Shown piece after piece: positions 10,278 through 19,096 of a DNA stretch of 64,000 nucleotides. The stretch covers positions 448,001-512,000 of the forward strand of contig CAVYTU010000017.1 in NCBI GenBank assembly GCA_963771465.1, written 5' to 3'. The position numbers and the translations under genes were made by a program. The notes under the pieces are model-generated. The model worked only from the letters and a program-made list of their open reading frames with translations. It was not told the DNA's origin and ran no database searches. Each line of letters opens with the position of its first letter. Position 1 is the first letter of the stretch. The stretch is from an uncultured delta proteobacterium. Lineage in GTDB: Bacteria; Desulfobacterota; Binatia; UBA9968.

Positions 10278-10313
10278 CCCCCTTCCTTAGTCCTTCCCCG
10301 CAAGGGGGAAGGA
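10278..10313. repeat. REP-like palindrome
   Basis: CCCCCTTCCTTAG followed by TCCTTCCCC-GCAAG-GGGGAAGGA. Confidence 0.55.
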
Positions 10314-10384
10314 AAGCGAACATGAAGATGGGACTTTCAAAACAAATTTGATGCTTATCACAGCATCGGGAATGTGCATTTGTC

Positions 10385-11449
10385 ATGAACCTCACCTCAA
10401 ACCTGATCGAAGTCGAAGATAGTTGGGAAGCGGTTAACGATTGGTTCTTGAAAGAGAAGCTGAGCGATGGCTTGCCGATCGTGCCGCCGACGGCGGAGCG
10501 GGTCGAAAAGATGCTCGGCGCGACCACGCGGGATCCGGCTGAAGTCATCGGACCGATTCCTCCCAAGTGGGCGCCTTGTTCGGTTGAAAAAATCGCCATC
10601 AACGCGGTGATGGCCGGTTGTTTGCCGGAATATTTACCGGTGATCATCGCCGCGGTCGAAGCGATTTGCGAACCGCGCTTCAATCTCTACGGCGTGCAGG
10701 CGACTACGGGCTACGTTGGTCCCGCGCTGCTGCTCAATGGACCGATTCGAAAGGAATTGAACGTCAACTGCGACTCGGGCGTTTTCGGCCCCGGCTTTCG
10801 TTCCAACGCGACCATCGGCCGGGCGATTCGCTTGATTCTCATCACCGTGGGCGGCGGTTATCCCGGCGATACGGATCGCTCGACGTTCGGCTGGCCGGGC
10901 AAGTACACGATGTGCTTCGGCGAGAACCAGGAGAAGAGTCCGTGGGAACCGTATCACGTCGAGTTCGGCTTCAGGCCGGAAGAGAGCACGGTGACCACGT
11001 TCGGCATTAATGGCTTCTTACCGATACACACCGCCGGCAATCGCGGCGAGCAGGCGCTGTCTTCTCTGGCCGAAGTGATCAAGATGCATCACGGCGTGAG
11101 TCATCTCGACGTCGGCAGTTTCGGCGGCGGCACGCCACTGATCGCCCTGGGTATCGAAGACGCCGAGATCATGGCGCGCGACGGCATCACCAAGAAGCAA
11201 GTCAAGGATTATCTCTGGGAACACGCGTCGATGAAGTTTTCGGAAATCCCGGCACGGCGCAAGGGACACAAGTCCGACGACGAACTGATGCGCGAATCGA
11301 TCAACCTGACGCCGGATGGCGTGGTTCATCTGTCCACCAAGGCTGAAGACATCATGGTCATCGTTATCGGCGGCAAACATCGCCATTCCGTATTCCTGCC
11401 GATGTGGACGGGACGCAATACGTTATGCGCGATCAAACCGATTCGCTGA
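10385..11449 (+). CDS. Conserved hypothetical protein of the type found next to UGSC (seleno)proteins
   Basis: SDGLPIVPPTAERVEKML, VEKIAINAVMAGCLPEYLPV and RSNATIGRAIRL motifs; directly downstream of UGSC. Confidence 0.75.
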   Translation: MNLTSNLIEVEDSWEAVNDWFLKEKLSDGLPIVPPTAERVEKMLGATTRDPAEVIGPIPPKWAPCSVEKIAINAVMAGCLPEYLPVIIAAVEAICEPRFNLYGVQATTGYVGPALLLNGPIRKELNVNCDSGVFGPGFRSNATIGRAIRLILITVGGGYPGDTDRSTFGWPGKYTMCFGENQEKSPWEPYHVEFGFRPEESTVTTFGINGFLPIHTAGNRGEQALSSLAEVIKMHHGVSHLDVGSFGGGTPLIALGIEDAEIMARDGITKKQVKDYLWEHASMKFSEIPARRKGHKSDDELMRESINLTPDGVVHLSTKAEDIMVIVIGGKHRHSVFLPMWTGRNTLCAIKPIR

Positions 11450-11508
11450 AGAGTTGGCATGATGGATTGTTGGGTCTCCGGTCAATGAAGATCGAGGATG
11501 GAGGATTG

Positions 11509-12492
11509 ATGGTCGCGCGGGCAGCGACAATTTTCATGCTAGCGATTGGGTTCGCGACTCCTTGCTGGGCTCAGGAGAAATTTCGTTTTCCCATCGGAGA
11601 GTCTTCGAAGACGTTGAGCTACGGGCCGCTGTGGGTGGCGGCGAAGATGGGGTTCTTTGAAAAGGAAGGTTTGGATGTTCCCATCGTCACGATGCGCGGC
11701 TCGCCGCTTACGATCCAGGCGCTGACGGCGGATTCGATTTACGTCGCCAACGCGACAGTGGACACGCTGATCAGCGCCTACGAGCGCGGCGCGGATATCA
11801 CGATGATCGGCGGTCTGATCAATGGACTTGGCCTGAGCATGATCGGCGGCAAACTGTACAAGACTTACGCCGATTTGCGCGGCACGACGATCGGTACGCA
11901 GACGCTGACTTCCGGCACGGGGTTCGCGTTGCGCTTGGTTTTGAAAGTTCACGGCATGGAATATCCGCGCGACTACAAGCTGCTCAACATCGGCGGCGCT
12001 TCGGACCGCTATCAAGCTTTGACATCCGGGCAGATTTCTTCCGCACCCGTCGGCGTGCCGCTCGATCTCGTCGCCAAGCAGCAAGGTTTTAACGTCATCG
12101 GCTATTTCGCCGACGATCAGCCAAACTTTCAGTTCAATACCTATATCGTCAAGCGCGCTTGGGCGGAGAAGAATCGGCCGCTGGTCGTGCGCTTCATGAA
12201 GGCGATGGTATCGACCATGCGCTGGATGGCGGACAACCGCGATGCGGCTTGCGTCTATCTGTCGAAGGAGATGGCGATCAGTGTGGAACACTGCCGATAT
12301 GCATCCGATTACAACTGGAATAGCCGCATCTGGGATCGTAACGCCGATCTCAACATCGAAGGCGTGCGCACATTGATTAGAATCACCGCGGAGCAAGGCA
12401 TACTCAAAGAACCGCTACCGCAGCCGTCCAAGTACATCGACCAAAGTTATTTGAAGCAGGCGTGGGCGGAGATTGATAAAATTAAAAAGTAA
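11509..12492 (+). CDS. NMT1/SsuA-family substrate-binding protein
   Basis: YGPLWVAAKMGFFEKEGLDV; signal peptide; RBS GGAGG before ATG 11509. Confidence 0.85.
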   Translation: MVARAATIFMLAIGFATPCWAQEKFRFPIGESSKTLSYGPLWVAAKMGFFEKEGLDVPIVTMRGSPLTIQALTADSIYVANATVDTLISAYERGADITMIGGLINGLGLSMIGGKLYKTYADLRGTTIGTQTLTSGTGFALRLVLKVHGMEYPRDYKLLNIGGASDRYQALTSGQISSAPVGVPLDLVAKQQGFNVIGYFADDQPNFQFNTYIVKRAWAEKNRPLVVRFMKAMVSTMRWMADNRDAACVYLSKEMAISVEHCRYASDYNWNSRIWDRNADLNIEGVRTLIRITAEQGILKEPLPQPSKYIDQSYLKQAWAEIDKIKK

Positions 12493-12515
12493 AATTTAAA
12501 AAGGCAAAAATCGGC

Positions 12516-13523
12516 ATGGCTATGATTACGCGCTTATTCATTGGTTGTAGCTTCGTTTTGCTTGCGCTGTCGGCATTGGCGCTCCGATCCGATGCGCAGG
12601 ACAAAATTAGCATGGGGCTGAGCTCGGTCAGCGGCCTGCACGCTGCGGTTTGGGTGGCGGAGACTAGAGGACTTTTTCGTAAACATGGGATTGAGGCCGA
12701 GGTGATCGTGACCGGTCAGGGCGGCACCGCGGGCATCAGCGCGTTGCTCGCCAATGACATCCAAATGGTGAACTCGGCGGGCGACGTCTTGGTTGCTGCA
12801 GCGTTGCGCGGCGGCGATACAGTAATGGTTGCCAGCGTCGTCAACAAAGGGTTGCAAAGACTCGTCACAAAGCCGGATATAAAGACGCCGACAGATCTCA
12901 AAGGAAAGAGAGTCGGTGTCACCCGCATCGGCGCGGTTTCTCATTCCGTTCTGCTCATGATGCTGCAGCGTTGGAAGATGACCGTGAATGATATTCAGGT
13001 CCTGCAACTCGGGTCGTCGCCGAATATGCTGGCGAGTCTCGACAAAGGCGGTATCGAGGGAGGCGTACTGACGATTCCGTCGATGTTCGTCGCCGAGGAT
13101 CGTGGCTATCGAGTGTTGCTCGATATGGCGGATACCGACATTTTCTATCTGCACACGATGGTAGCGACGACTCGTCAGTACATCAAGAATAATCGCGATA
13201 AGGTTTTGAGATTTCTCAGGGGATATGTGGAAGGGATCGCATTCGTGAAACAGAACAAGAAGGAGAGCTTGGACATCGTTAAGAAAAAACTTCGAATCGG
13301 ACCTGAGCAGGAACGAAACCTCGAGCGCTCTCTGGATCTACTGATTGCAAAATATTATGAGAACATCCCGTATCCGTCGATGCGCGGCGTCGAAACCGTG
13401 CTCGGCTTCATCGAGAAGGACAACCCGAAAGCCAAGACAGCCGATCCGAAATCGTTCGTCGACGACAGTTTGCTGCGCGAGATTGAAGCCAGCGGTTTTA
13501 TCAAGAAGCTCTACGACCGTTAG
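12516..13523 (+). CDS. NMT1/SsuA-family substrate-binding protein
   Basis: WVAETRGLFRKHGIE, DLKGKRVGVTRIG, FVDDSLLREIEASGFIKKLY. Confidence 0.85.
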   Translation: MAMITRLFIGCSFVLLALSALALRSDAQDKISMGLSSVSGLHAAVWVAETRGLFRKHGIEAEVIVTGQGGTAGISALLANDIQMVNSAGDVLVAAALRGGDTVMVASVVNKGLQRLVTKPDIKTPTDLKGKRVGVTRIGAVSHSVLLMMLQRWKMTVNDIQVLQLGSSPNMLASLDKGGIEGGVLTIPSMFVAEDRGYRVLLDMADTDIFYLHTMVATTRQYIKNNRDKVLRFLRGYVEGIAFVKQNKKESLDIVKKKLRIGPEQERNLERSLDLLIAKYYENIPYPSMRGVETVLGFIEKDNPKAKTADPKSFVDDSLLREIEASGFIKKLYDR

Positions 13524-13857
13524 CAATTAAATCGCCACTGATCATCGCTATCGCAGCCGTGGTCAATATTTCGTCAGTATGCGGCGATGATCGAGGCTTG
13601 GGACGTCGTCGCCATCTGCTTTAATACCTTCGCTAAAGTCTCCGCCACTCTTCAGCCAGCCACGATCCGTTTGGCAGTACATTTTTGTCGCGAGATTGTT
13701 TCGTCTGAGACTTAGCGCGGCATAAATTCCCCAGAATGGACCGAGGCAAATCCCTGCAGTCCTTGTCACAACGAATAACTCCGTTGTCAGAGAAGGAATC
13801 TCAGTCCGGGATTAACTTTGGATCCTTCTCGCCACTCGGAAATGGCAAGAGCGCGAT

Positions 13858-14070
13858 GAAATATTCGATCGGTTCCATCAAGTGGATGGTTCCGGAACGC
13901 GCAGCTTCGAAGGCGTTGGTTTGGGGCTCTATATCGTCAAGTCGTTCAGCGCAATGCTGGGCGGTCAAGTATGGGTGGAAAGCGTTGTCGGTAAAGGCTC
14001 TTCGTTCATCGTAAAGTTGCCCCTGCAATTCGCACCCTCGGGAAGCATTACGCTTCATCCCTACCGCTGA
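13858..14070 (+). pseudogene. Histidine kinase HATPase_c C-terminal remnant
   Basis: [27 protein letters not shown]...[16 protein letters not shown] (F and G2 boxes) with no upstream kinase. Confidence 0.75.
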
Positions 14071-14253
14071 ATTGATCGCCATGCCGATCAGTCCTTGTTA
14101 AGTCCGTAACTCCGACGATTCTCCCTAGCTGGCTAGGATAGTTTTCGCAGTACTTCAGCTTCACACCATAGGTTGTTTTTTATTGGAGTAGGCATTCCAA
14201 CCTTCGGCTCTGCTTACCACCGGCGTGAGTGCGTAGCGAATCATCCACTTCCC

Positions 14254-14282
14254 TTGACAATTCCTCGCTGGCTCGAATAAGT
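14254..14282 (+). promoter_or_regulatory. Putative sigma70-type promoter
   Basis: TTGACA-N17-ATAAGT upstream of RBS AGGAGG and ATG 14315. Confidence 0.45.
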
Positions 14283-14314
14283 AGTGACTAAATTTACCAA
14301 GGAGGCATCGAAAC

Positions 14315-15154
14315 ATGGCTGCAACATTATGGAAAGAGTATAAGACCGTGAGAGTCGAAAAAGAGGATGGGACGACTTGGTGTATTCTCAATCGTCCGGA
14401 GAAGAGAAACGCCATGAACCCGCAGCTGCACTACGACATGCTCGAAGCCTTGACCGAGTTGGAGGTCGATAAGGAGACCCAGGTGTTGGTCATAACCGGC
14501 GCCGGGCCGAGCTGGTGTGCCGGACAGGATCTGCGCGAATATTTTCGCGGCACCGACAACAATCCATTGGAACGGCGCAAGGCGAGCTGGGCGTCGCAAG
14601 AATGGCGCTGGCGCCGGCTCTTCTGGTTTCCCAAGCCGACCATCGCCATGGTCAACGGCTTTTGCTTCGGCGGTGCGTTTACTCCACTGATCGCTTGCGA
14701 CTTCGCCATCGCCGCAGAAGACGCGGTCTTCGGTTTGAGCGAAGTTAACTGGGGAATCTTTCCCGGTGGATTGGTGAGCCGCGTGCTGGCCGACGCCATG
14801 TGTTACCGCGATGCCATGTGGTGCATCATGACCGGCGATCCGTTCGACGGAAAAAAAGCCGCTGAAATGAGGCTGATCAACTACGCCGTGCCGAAAGACA
14901 AGCTACGCGCCGAGACCATTGCTCTTGCCGACAAGCTAAAAAAGAAAAACCCGGCTGTGTTGCGCGCTGCCAAGGAAGTCTACAAAAACTGCCGTACGAT
15001 GGATTACGGACAAGCCGAAGATTATATGTCCGCCAAAGGAACCGCGCTTCGTCTCACCGACCCGGAAAAGGGCCGCGAGACCGGCATGGAACAGTTCCTC
15101 GATAAGAAGACCTACCGTCCGGGCTTGGGCGAGTATAATCGGGACGCGAAGTAG
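14315..15154 (+). CDS. p-Hydroxycinnamoyl-/feruloyl-CoA hydratase-lyase (crotonase family)
   Basis: NRPEKRNAMNP, AGQDLREYFR, PKPTIAMVNG, LSEVNWGIFPGG and C-terminal QFLDKKTYRPGLGEY, typical of HCHL/Ech. Confidence 0.85.
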   Translation: MAATLWKEYKTVRVEKEDGTTWCILNRPEKRNAMNPQLHYDMLEALTELEVDKETQVLVITGAGPSWCAGQDLREYFRGTDNNPLERRKASWASQEWRWRRLFWFPKPTIAMVNGFCFGGAFTPLIACDFAIAAEDAVFGLSEVNWGIFPGGLVSRVLADAMCYRDAMWCIMTGDPFDGKKAAEMRLINYAVPKDKLRAETIALADKLKKKNPAVLRAAKEVYKNCRTMDYGQAEDYMSAKGTALRLTDPEKGRETGMEQFLDKKTYRPGLGEYNRDAK

Positions 15155-15161
15155 CAGGGTG

Positions 15162-15239
15162 GAAGTTAGAGGTCGGAGATCGAAGGTCAGAAGTCAGAGT
15201 GCTAGGCTCTTTCCGACCTCCGACTTCTGATTTCTGGTT
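15162..15239. repeat. 7-nt-period inverted tandem repeat hairpin
   Basis: GAAGTTA GAGGTCG GAGATCG AAGGTCA GAAGTCA ... TCCGACC TCCGACT TCTGATT TCTGGTT. Confidence 0.75.
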
Positions 15240-15245
15240 TGAACC

Positions 15246-16409
15246 ATGGATTTCAATCTCCCTGAAGAGCTGCAAATCTTAAAGGGCACGGTGCGCAAGT
15301 TCGTCGACCGTGAGCTGATTCCGCTGGAGCGAGAATGCCGGCCGGAAGGCGAGGACATGCCGGAGCAGTTTATCAAGCCGCTCCAGGAGAAAGCCAAAGC
15401 GATTGGTCTGTGGCTGTTAGATGTCCCACAGGAATACGGCGGCGCGGGCCTCGATCTGATGAGCCGTTGCGTGATCATGGAAGAAGTCGCGCGCACCATC
15501 GCAATCCCGTTTCGCTATGCGCCGATCTTCGGGCCGGAAGTGCGGCCGGTGCTGTTTCACTGTAATGACGAGCAGAAAAAACGTTTCTTGCAACCCGTCA
15601 TTGACGGCAAGATGCGCATCTGTTTCGCCCAGACCGAGCCCGACGCTGGCAGCGATCCCGCAGGGATGAAAACTCGCGCGGTCAAAGACGGCGACCACTA
15701 TATTATCAACGGCACCAAACGTTTCATCACCGGCGCGAAGACCGCCGATTATGCCCAGGTGATTGCCGTCACCGATCCGGAAAAAGGCGCCCGCGGCGGT
15801 GTCAGCTGTTTTATGGTGAGCATGAAGGCGCCCGGTGTCACCCTCGAAAGATTGTGGCCGACGATGATGGGCGACACGCCGGGGCAAATTCACTTCGACA
15901 ACGTCCGAGTGGCAGCTGCCGACATGATTGGCGGCGAAGGCCAGGGATTTGCTATCGCGCAAAAATGGATCGAAGAAGGGCGCGTGCGCGGCCACGGGGC
16001 GCGGCCGGTGGGCATCGCCTCGCGCGCGCTCGACATGATGATCGAGTATTCCAAAGTGCGCATAACTTTCGGCCAGCCGTTGGCCAATCGCCAGGCGATT
16101 CAGTTCATGATTGCCGACTCAGCGATGGAGCTGCATGCCTGCCGGCTGATGGTTTACGAGTGCGCTTGGCGGCATGACCGCGGCGAAGATATCCGCCAGC
16201 TTTCTTACATGACAAAAATCCAGTGCGCCGAGATGGCGGGGCGCGTAGTCGACCGCTCGATCCAAGTCCACGGCGGACTGGGACTCATGCGTGAGTTGCC
16301 ATTAGAGTGGTGGTATCGCCAGGTACGGAGCATCCGCATCACCGAAGGCACACCGGAAGTTTTGCGCTGGCGTTTGGCGCAGCATATTATTCGCAATCAT
16401 AAGGGGTGA
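15246..16409 (+). CDS. Acyl-CoA dehydrogenase
   Basis: FAQTEPDAGSD, INGTKRFIT, RITFGQPLANRQAIQF, QVHGGLG, RITEGTPEV. Confidence 0.92.
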   Translation: MDFNLPEELQILKGTVRKFVDRELIPLERECRPEGEDMPEQFIKPLQEKAKAIGLWLLDVPQEYGGAGLDLMSRCVIMEEVARTIAIPFRYAPIFGPEVRPVLFHCNDEQKKRFLQPVIDGKMRICFAQTEPDAGSDPAGMKTRAVKDGDHYIINGTKRFITGAKTADYAQVIAVTDPEKGARGGVSCFMVSMKAPGVTLERLWPTMMGDTPGQIHFDNVRVAAADMIGGEGQGFAIAQKWIEEGRVRGHGARPVGIASRALDMMIEYSKVRITFGQPLANRQAIQFMIADSAMELHACRLMVYECAWRHDRGEDIRQLSYMTKIQCAEMAGRVVDRSIQVHGGLGLMRELPLEWWYRQVRSIRITEGTPEVLRWRLAQHIIRNHKG

Positions 16410-16413
16410 AAGA

Positions 16414-16483
16414 AGGGTCGAGGATAGAGGATCGAGGATGGAAGATAGCATTTTTCTCTCCTCCATCTTCCATCCTCGATCCT
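16414..16483. repeat. 7-nt-period inverted tandem repeat hairpin
   Basis: AGGGTCG AGGATAG AGGATCG AGGATGG AAGATAG ... CCATCTT CCATCCT CGATCCT. Confidence 0.75.
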
Positions 16484-16514
16484 TTTGTGTAGACGAATGT
16501 CGATTTAAGGCACA

Positions 16515-17723
16515 ATGAACAATTCCACTGACGCAATCTCTCTACTCCCCGGCAACCGCGTCCTCGACCTTAGCTCGTCCATGGGGTCGTTTTGCGGCAA
16601 GGTGCTGCACGATCTGGGTATGGAAGTTATCAAGATCGAGCCGCCGGGCGGCGACGCCGGCCGGTCGGAACCGCCGTTCGCCAAAGGCCATGCGCATCGA
16701 GAGGGAAGTTTGCGCTTTGCTTATCTCAATGCGGGTAAAAAAAGCATCACGCTCGATATCACAAAAGATCGCGGGCGAAAGATTTTTCTCGACCTCGTGG
16801 CGAAGTCCGATATCGTCCTCGAAACCTGTGAGCCTGGTTATCTCACCGCGCATAATCTCGGTTGGGAGCAACTGCTGGAACAGCAACGCAAGCTGATTTT
16901 GGTTTCACTCACCGGTTTCGGTCAGGACGGTCCTTATGCGCATTACAAAGCGCCGGATATCGTCGGCAACGCCATGGGCGCCTTGCTCTACATCAGCGGC
17001 GATCCGGCGATGACGCCGTGCAATCCGCCGGAAACCCAAGCCTATTACTACGCGAGTTTGTTTGCGTGCTATGGCACCATGCTGGCGCTCTGGCAACGCG
17101 AGAGCCGCGGCATCGGCGCGTGGATCGATGCCTCGATGCAGGCGAGCATGGCGCTGCACGAACATGTGGCTTTCAACTACGCGGCTGAAAAGCGAGTGAT
17201 GAAACGCGCCGGCAGCCAGCATCAGCACAATGCGCCGGCAAATCTCTTCCAGTGCAAAAACGGCTGGATCGCACTATTTGTCACCCAAACGCACTGGCCC
17301 CTGTTACTCCAGGTTTGGGACAATCACGATGTCGAGCTCGACGATCCCAAGTGGGTGAATAGCAATTTGCGCCGGCAGAAGGCGGACTACATCAACGCCC
17401 AAGTAACCTCGTTCACCATGCGCTACATGAAAGAGGAACTGGCGGAGCTGATGCAAAAGCACGGCATCCCTGGCCTGCCGGTCAATTCGCCGTCGGATTT
17501 CATGAAAGACCCGCATATCCAAGCGCGCGGTTTTTTCAGCGAGGTGACCCATCCGGTGCTCGGAACTTTTGCCGCTCCGGGCAACTTCTTCATGGTGGAT
17601 GGCAAACGCACCGGTCCGTCGCCCGCGCCGCTGATCGGACAGCATAATTACGAAGTGCTCTGTGGCGAATTGGGGCTCGGCGCCGATGAAATTGCGGCGC
17701 TGACGGCGGAGAAAATAATTTAA
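16515..17723 (+). CDS. CaiB/BaiF class III CoA-transferase (subunit 1)
   Basis: RVLDLS, VIKIEPPGGD, LNAGKKSITLD, TGFGQDGPY, APLIGQHN. Confidence 0.9.
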   Translation: MNNSTDAISLLPGNRVLDLSSSMGSFCGKVLHDLGMEVIKIEPPGGDAGRSEPPFAKGHAHREGSLRFAYLNAGKKSITLDITKDRGRKIFLDLVAKSDIVLETCEPGYLTAHNLGWEQLLEQQRKLILVSLTGFGQDGPYAHYKAPDIVGNAMGALLYISGDPAMTPCNPPETQAYYYASLFACYGTMLALWQRESRGIGAWIDASMQASMALHEHVAFNYAAEKRVMKRAGSQHQHNAPANLFQCKNGWIALFVTQTHWPLLLQVWDNHDVELDDPKWVNSNLRRQKADYINAQVTSFTMRYMKEELAELMQKHGIPGLPVNSPSDFMKDPHIQARGFFSEVTHPVLGTFAAPGNFFMVDGKRTGPSPAPLIGQHNYEVLCGELGLGADEIAALTAEKII

Positions 17724-17735
17724 GAAAATTTATAC

Positions 17736-17829
17736 TTGAAAATGGAAAATGAAAATTAGATCTGGTTTAGATTAGAAAGCTCAGATAGTTCTTCCGAAAT
17801 TTTCAATTATCCATTATCAATTTTCAATT
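17736..17829. repeat. AT-rich 7-nt-period inverted tandem repeat
   Basis: TTGAAAA TGGAAAA TGAAAA TTAGA ... TTTTCAA TTATCCA TTATCAA TTTTCAA. Confidence 0.7.
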
Positions 17830-17839
17830 AATTCGAACC

Positions 17840-19054
17840 ATGGAAAAAGTAAATCAAATTCTCAATGGTGTCCGCGTCCTCGCTTTCACCACCGGCTATG
17901 CCGGGCCTTACGCCGGCAGGTTGCTGGCGAACTACGGCGCGGAGGTGATCAAGATCGAGTCGCGCAAGGGCGGACTCGATACATTTCGCCATTACGGCCA
18001 GCATAAGGACATCGATGAGGCGCCGCGCTTTATCGAGTGCAATCTCGGCGTGCGCTCGATGGCGATCAATTTAAAGCATCCGACCGGCGCTCGCTTGGTC
18101 CGCGAGCTCGCCGGCAAGTCGGATGCGATTCTGCAAAATTTTCGTCCCAGAGTGCTGGATAAATTGGGATTAGGCGACGATGAGTTGAGAAAAACTAATC
18201 CTAAGCTTGTGATTGTGAAGTTGCCCGGTTTCGGCACCGAAGGACCGAAGAGCAGTTACGGCACTTGGGGCTTTAACTTGACGGCGTTTTCCGGAATTAC
18301 CTATCTCTGGAATCACCCCGAGCAGGATCGGCCGATCGGCAGCCAAGGTGTCTATCCCGATCATTTGGGATTCGTTTTGGGGCCCACGGTGATGATCGCG
18401 GCGTTACTCAACAGCCGGCGCTCCGGCAAGGGCGTTACCATCGATCTGGCGCAGATTGAAGGCACTGCGGCGGTTCTAGGCACGACCTATCTGGAAACCT
18501 CAGTAAACGGCGACGATCCCAAACCCAAGGGCAATCATTACGCATTGGCCGCGCCGCACGGCTGCTACCCTTGCCAGGGTGAAGATCGCTGGTGTGTCAT
18601 CTCGGTGCGCGATCAAGAGGAATGGCGGAGCTTTTGTCGTGTCATTGGCCGAGCGGAACTCGTCAGCGACGGGCGATTTACAAGTCTTCAGTCGCGCATA
18701 GAAAACCGCGCGGAGCTCGATGGTATCGTGAAAGCATGGACCGAGGCGCGTGCGCCGGAAGAAGTCATGACGCGCTGCCAAGCCGCAGGCGTGCCGGCGA
18801 GCGTCGTACAAACCGGCGCCGATTTACTGCGAGATCCCCAGTTGCGCCATCGCAATTATTTCTCGCCGTTTACCGAATCGCTCATCGGTCCGTTTGAAAT
18901 CCCGCGCAGCGGTTTTGTCTTCAAAGGCGTGGCCGAAGACCCGCTCAGCTTGCCGGCGCGGTTCGGCTCGGACAACGAACAAATTCTCGGCGAACTTTTG
19001 GGCTACGATAAAGTCACCATCGAACAGTGGCGCCAGGAAGAAGTGCTGACCTAA
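17840..19054 (+). CDS. CaiB/BaiF class III CoA-transferase (subunit 2)
   Basis: AGPYAGRLLANYGAEVIKIE, QNFRPRVLDKLGL, YPDH catalytic Asp, APHGCYPC. Confidence 0.9.
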   Translation: MEKVNQILNGVRVLAFTTGYAGPYAGRLLANYGAEVIKIESRKGGLDTFRHYGQHKDIDEAPRFIECNLGVRSMAINLKHPTGARLVRELAGKSDAILQNFRPRVLDKLGLGDDELRKTNPKLVIVKLPGFGTEGPKSSYGTWGFNLTAFSGITYLWNHPEQDRPIGSQGVYPDHLGFVLGPTVMIAALLNSRRSGKGVTIDLAQIEGTAAVLGTTYLETSVNGDDPKPKGNHYALAAPHGCYPCQGEDRWCVISVRDQEEWRSFCRVIGRAELVSDGRFTSLQSRIENRAELDGIVKAWTEARAPEEVMTRCQAAGVPASVVQTGADLLRDPQLRHRNYFSPFTESLIGPFEIPRSGFVFKGVAEDPLSLPARFGSDNEQILGELLGYDKVTIEQWRQEEVLT

Positions 19055-19096
19055 AACTTACTAACCGCCGTTCTGAATCCATCCGGAGGAGAAACT

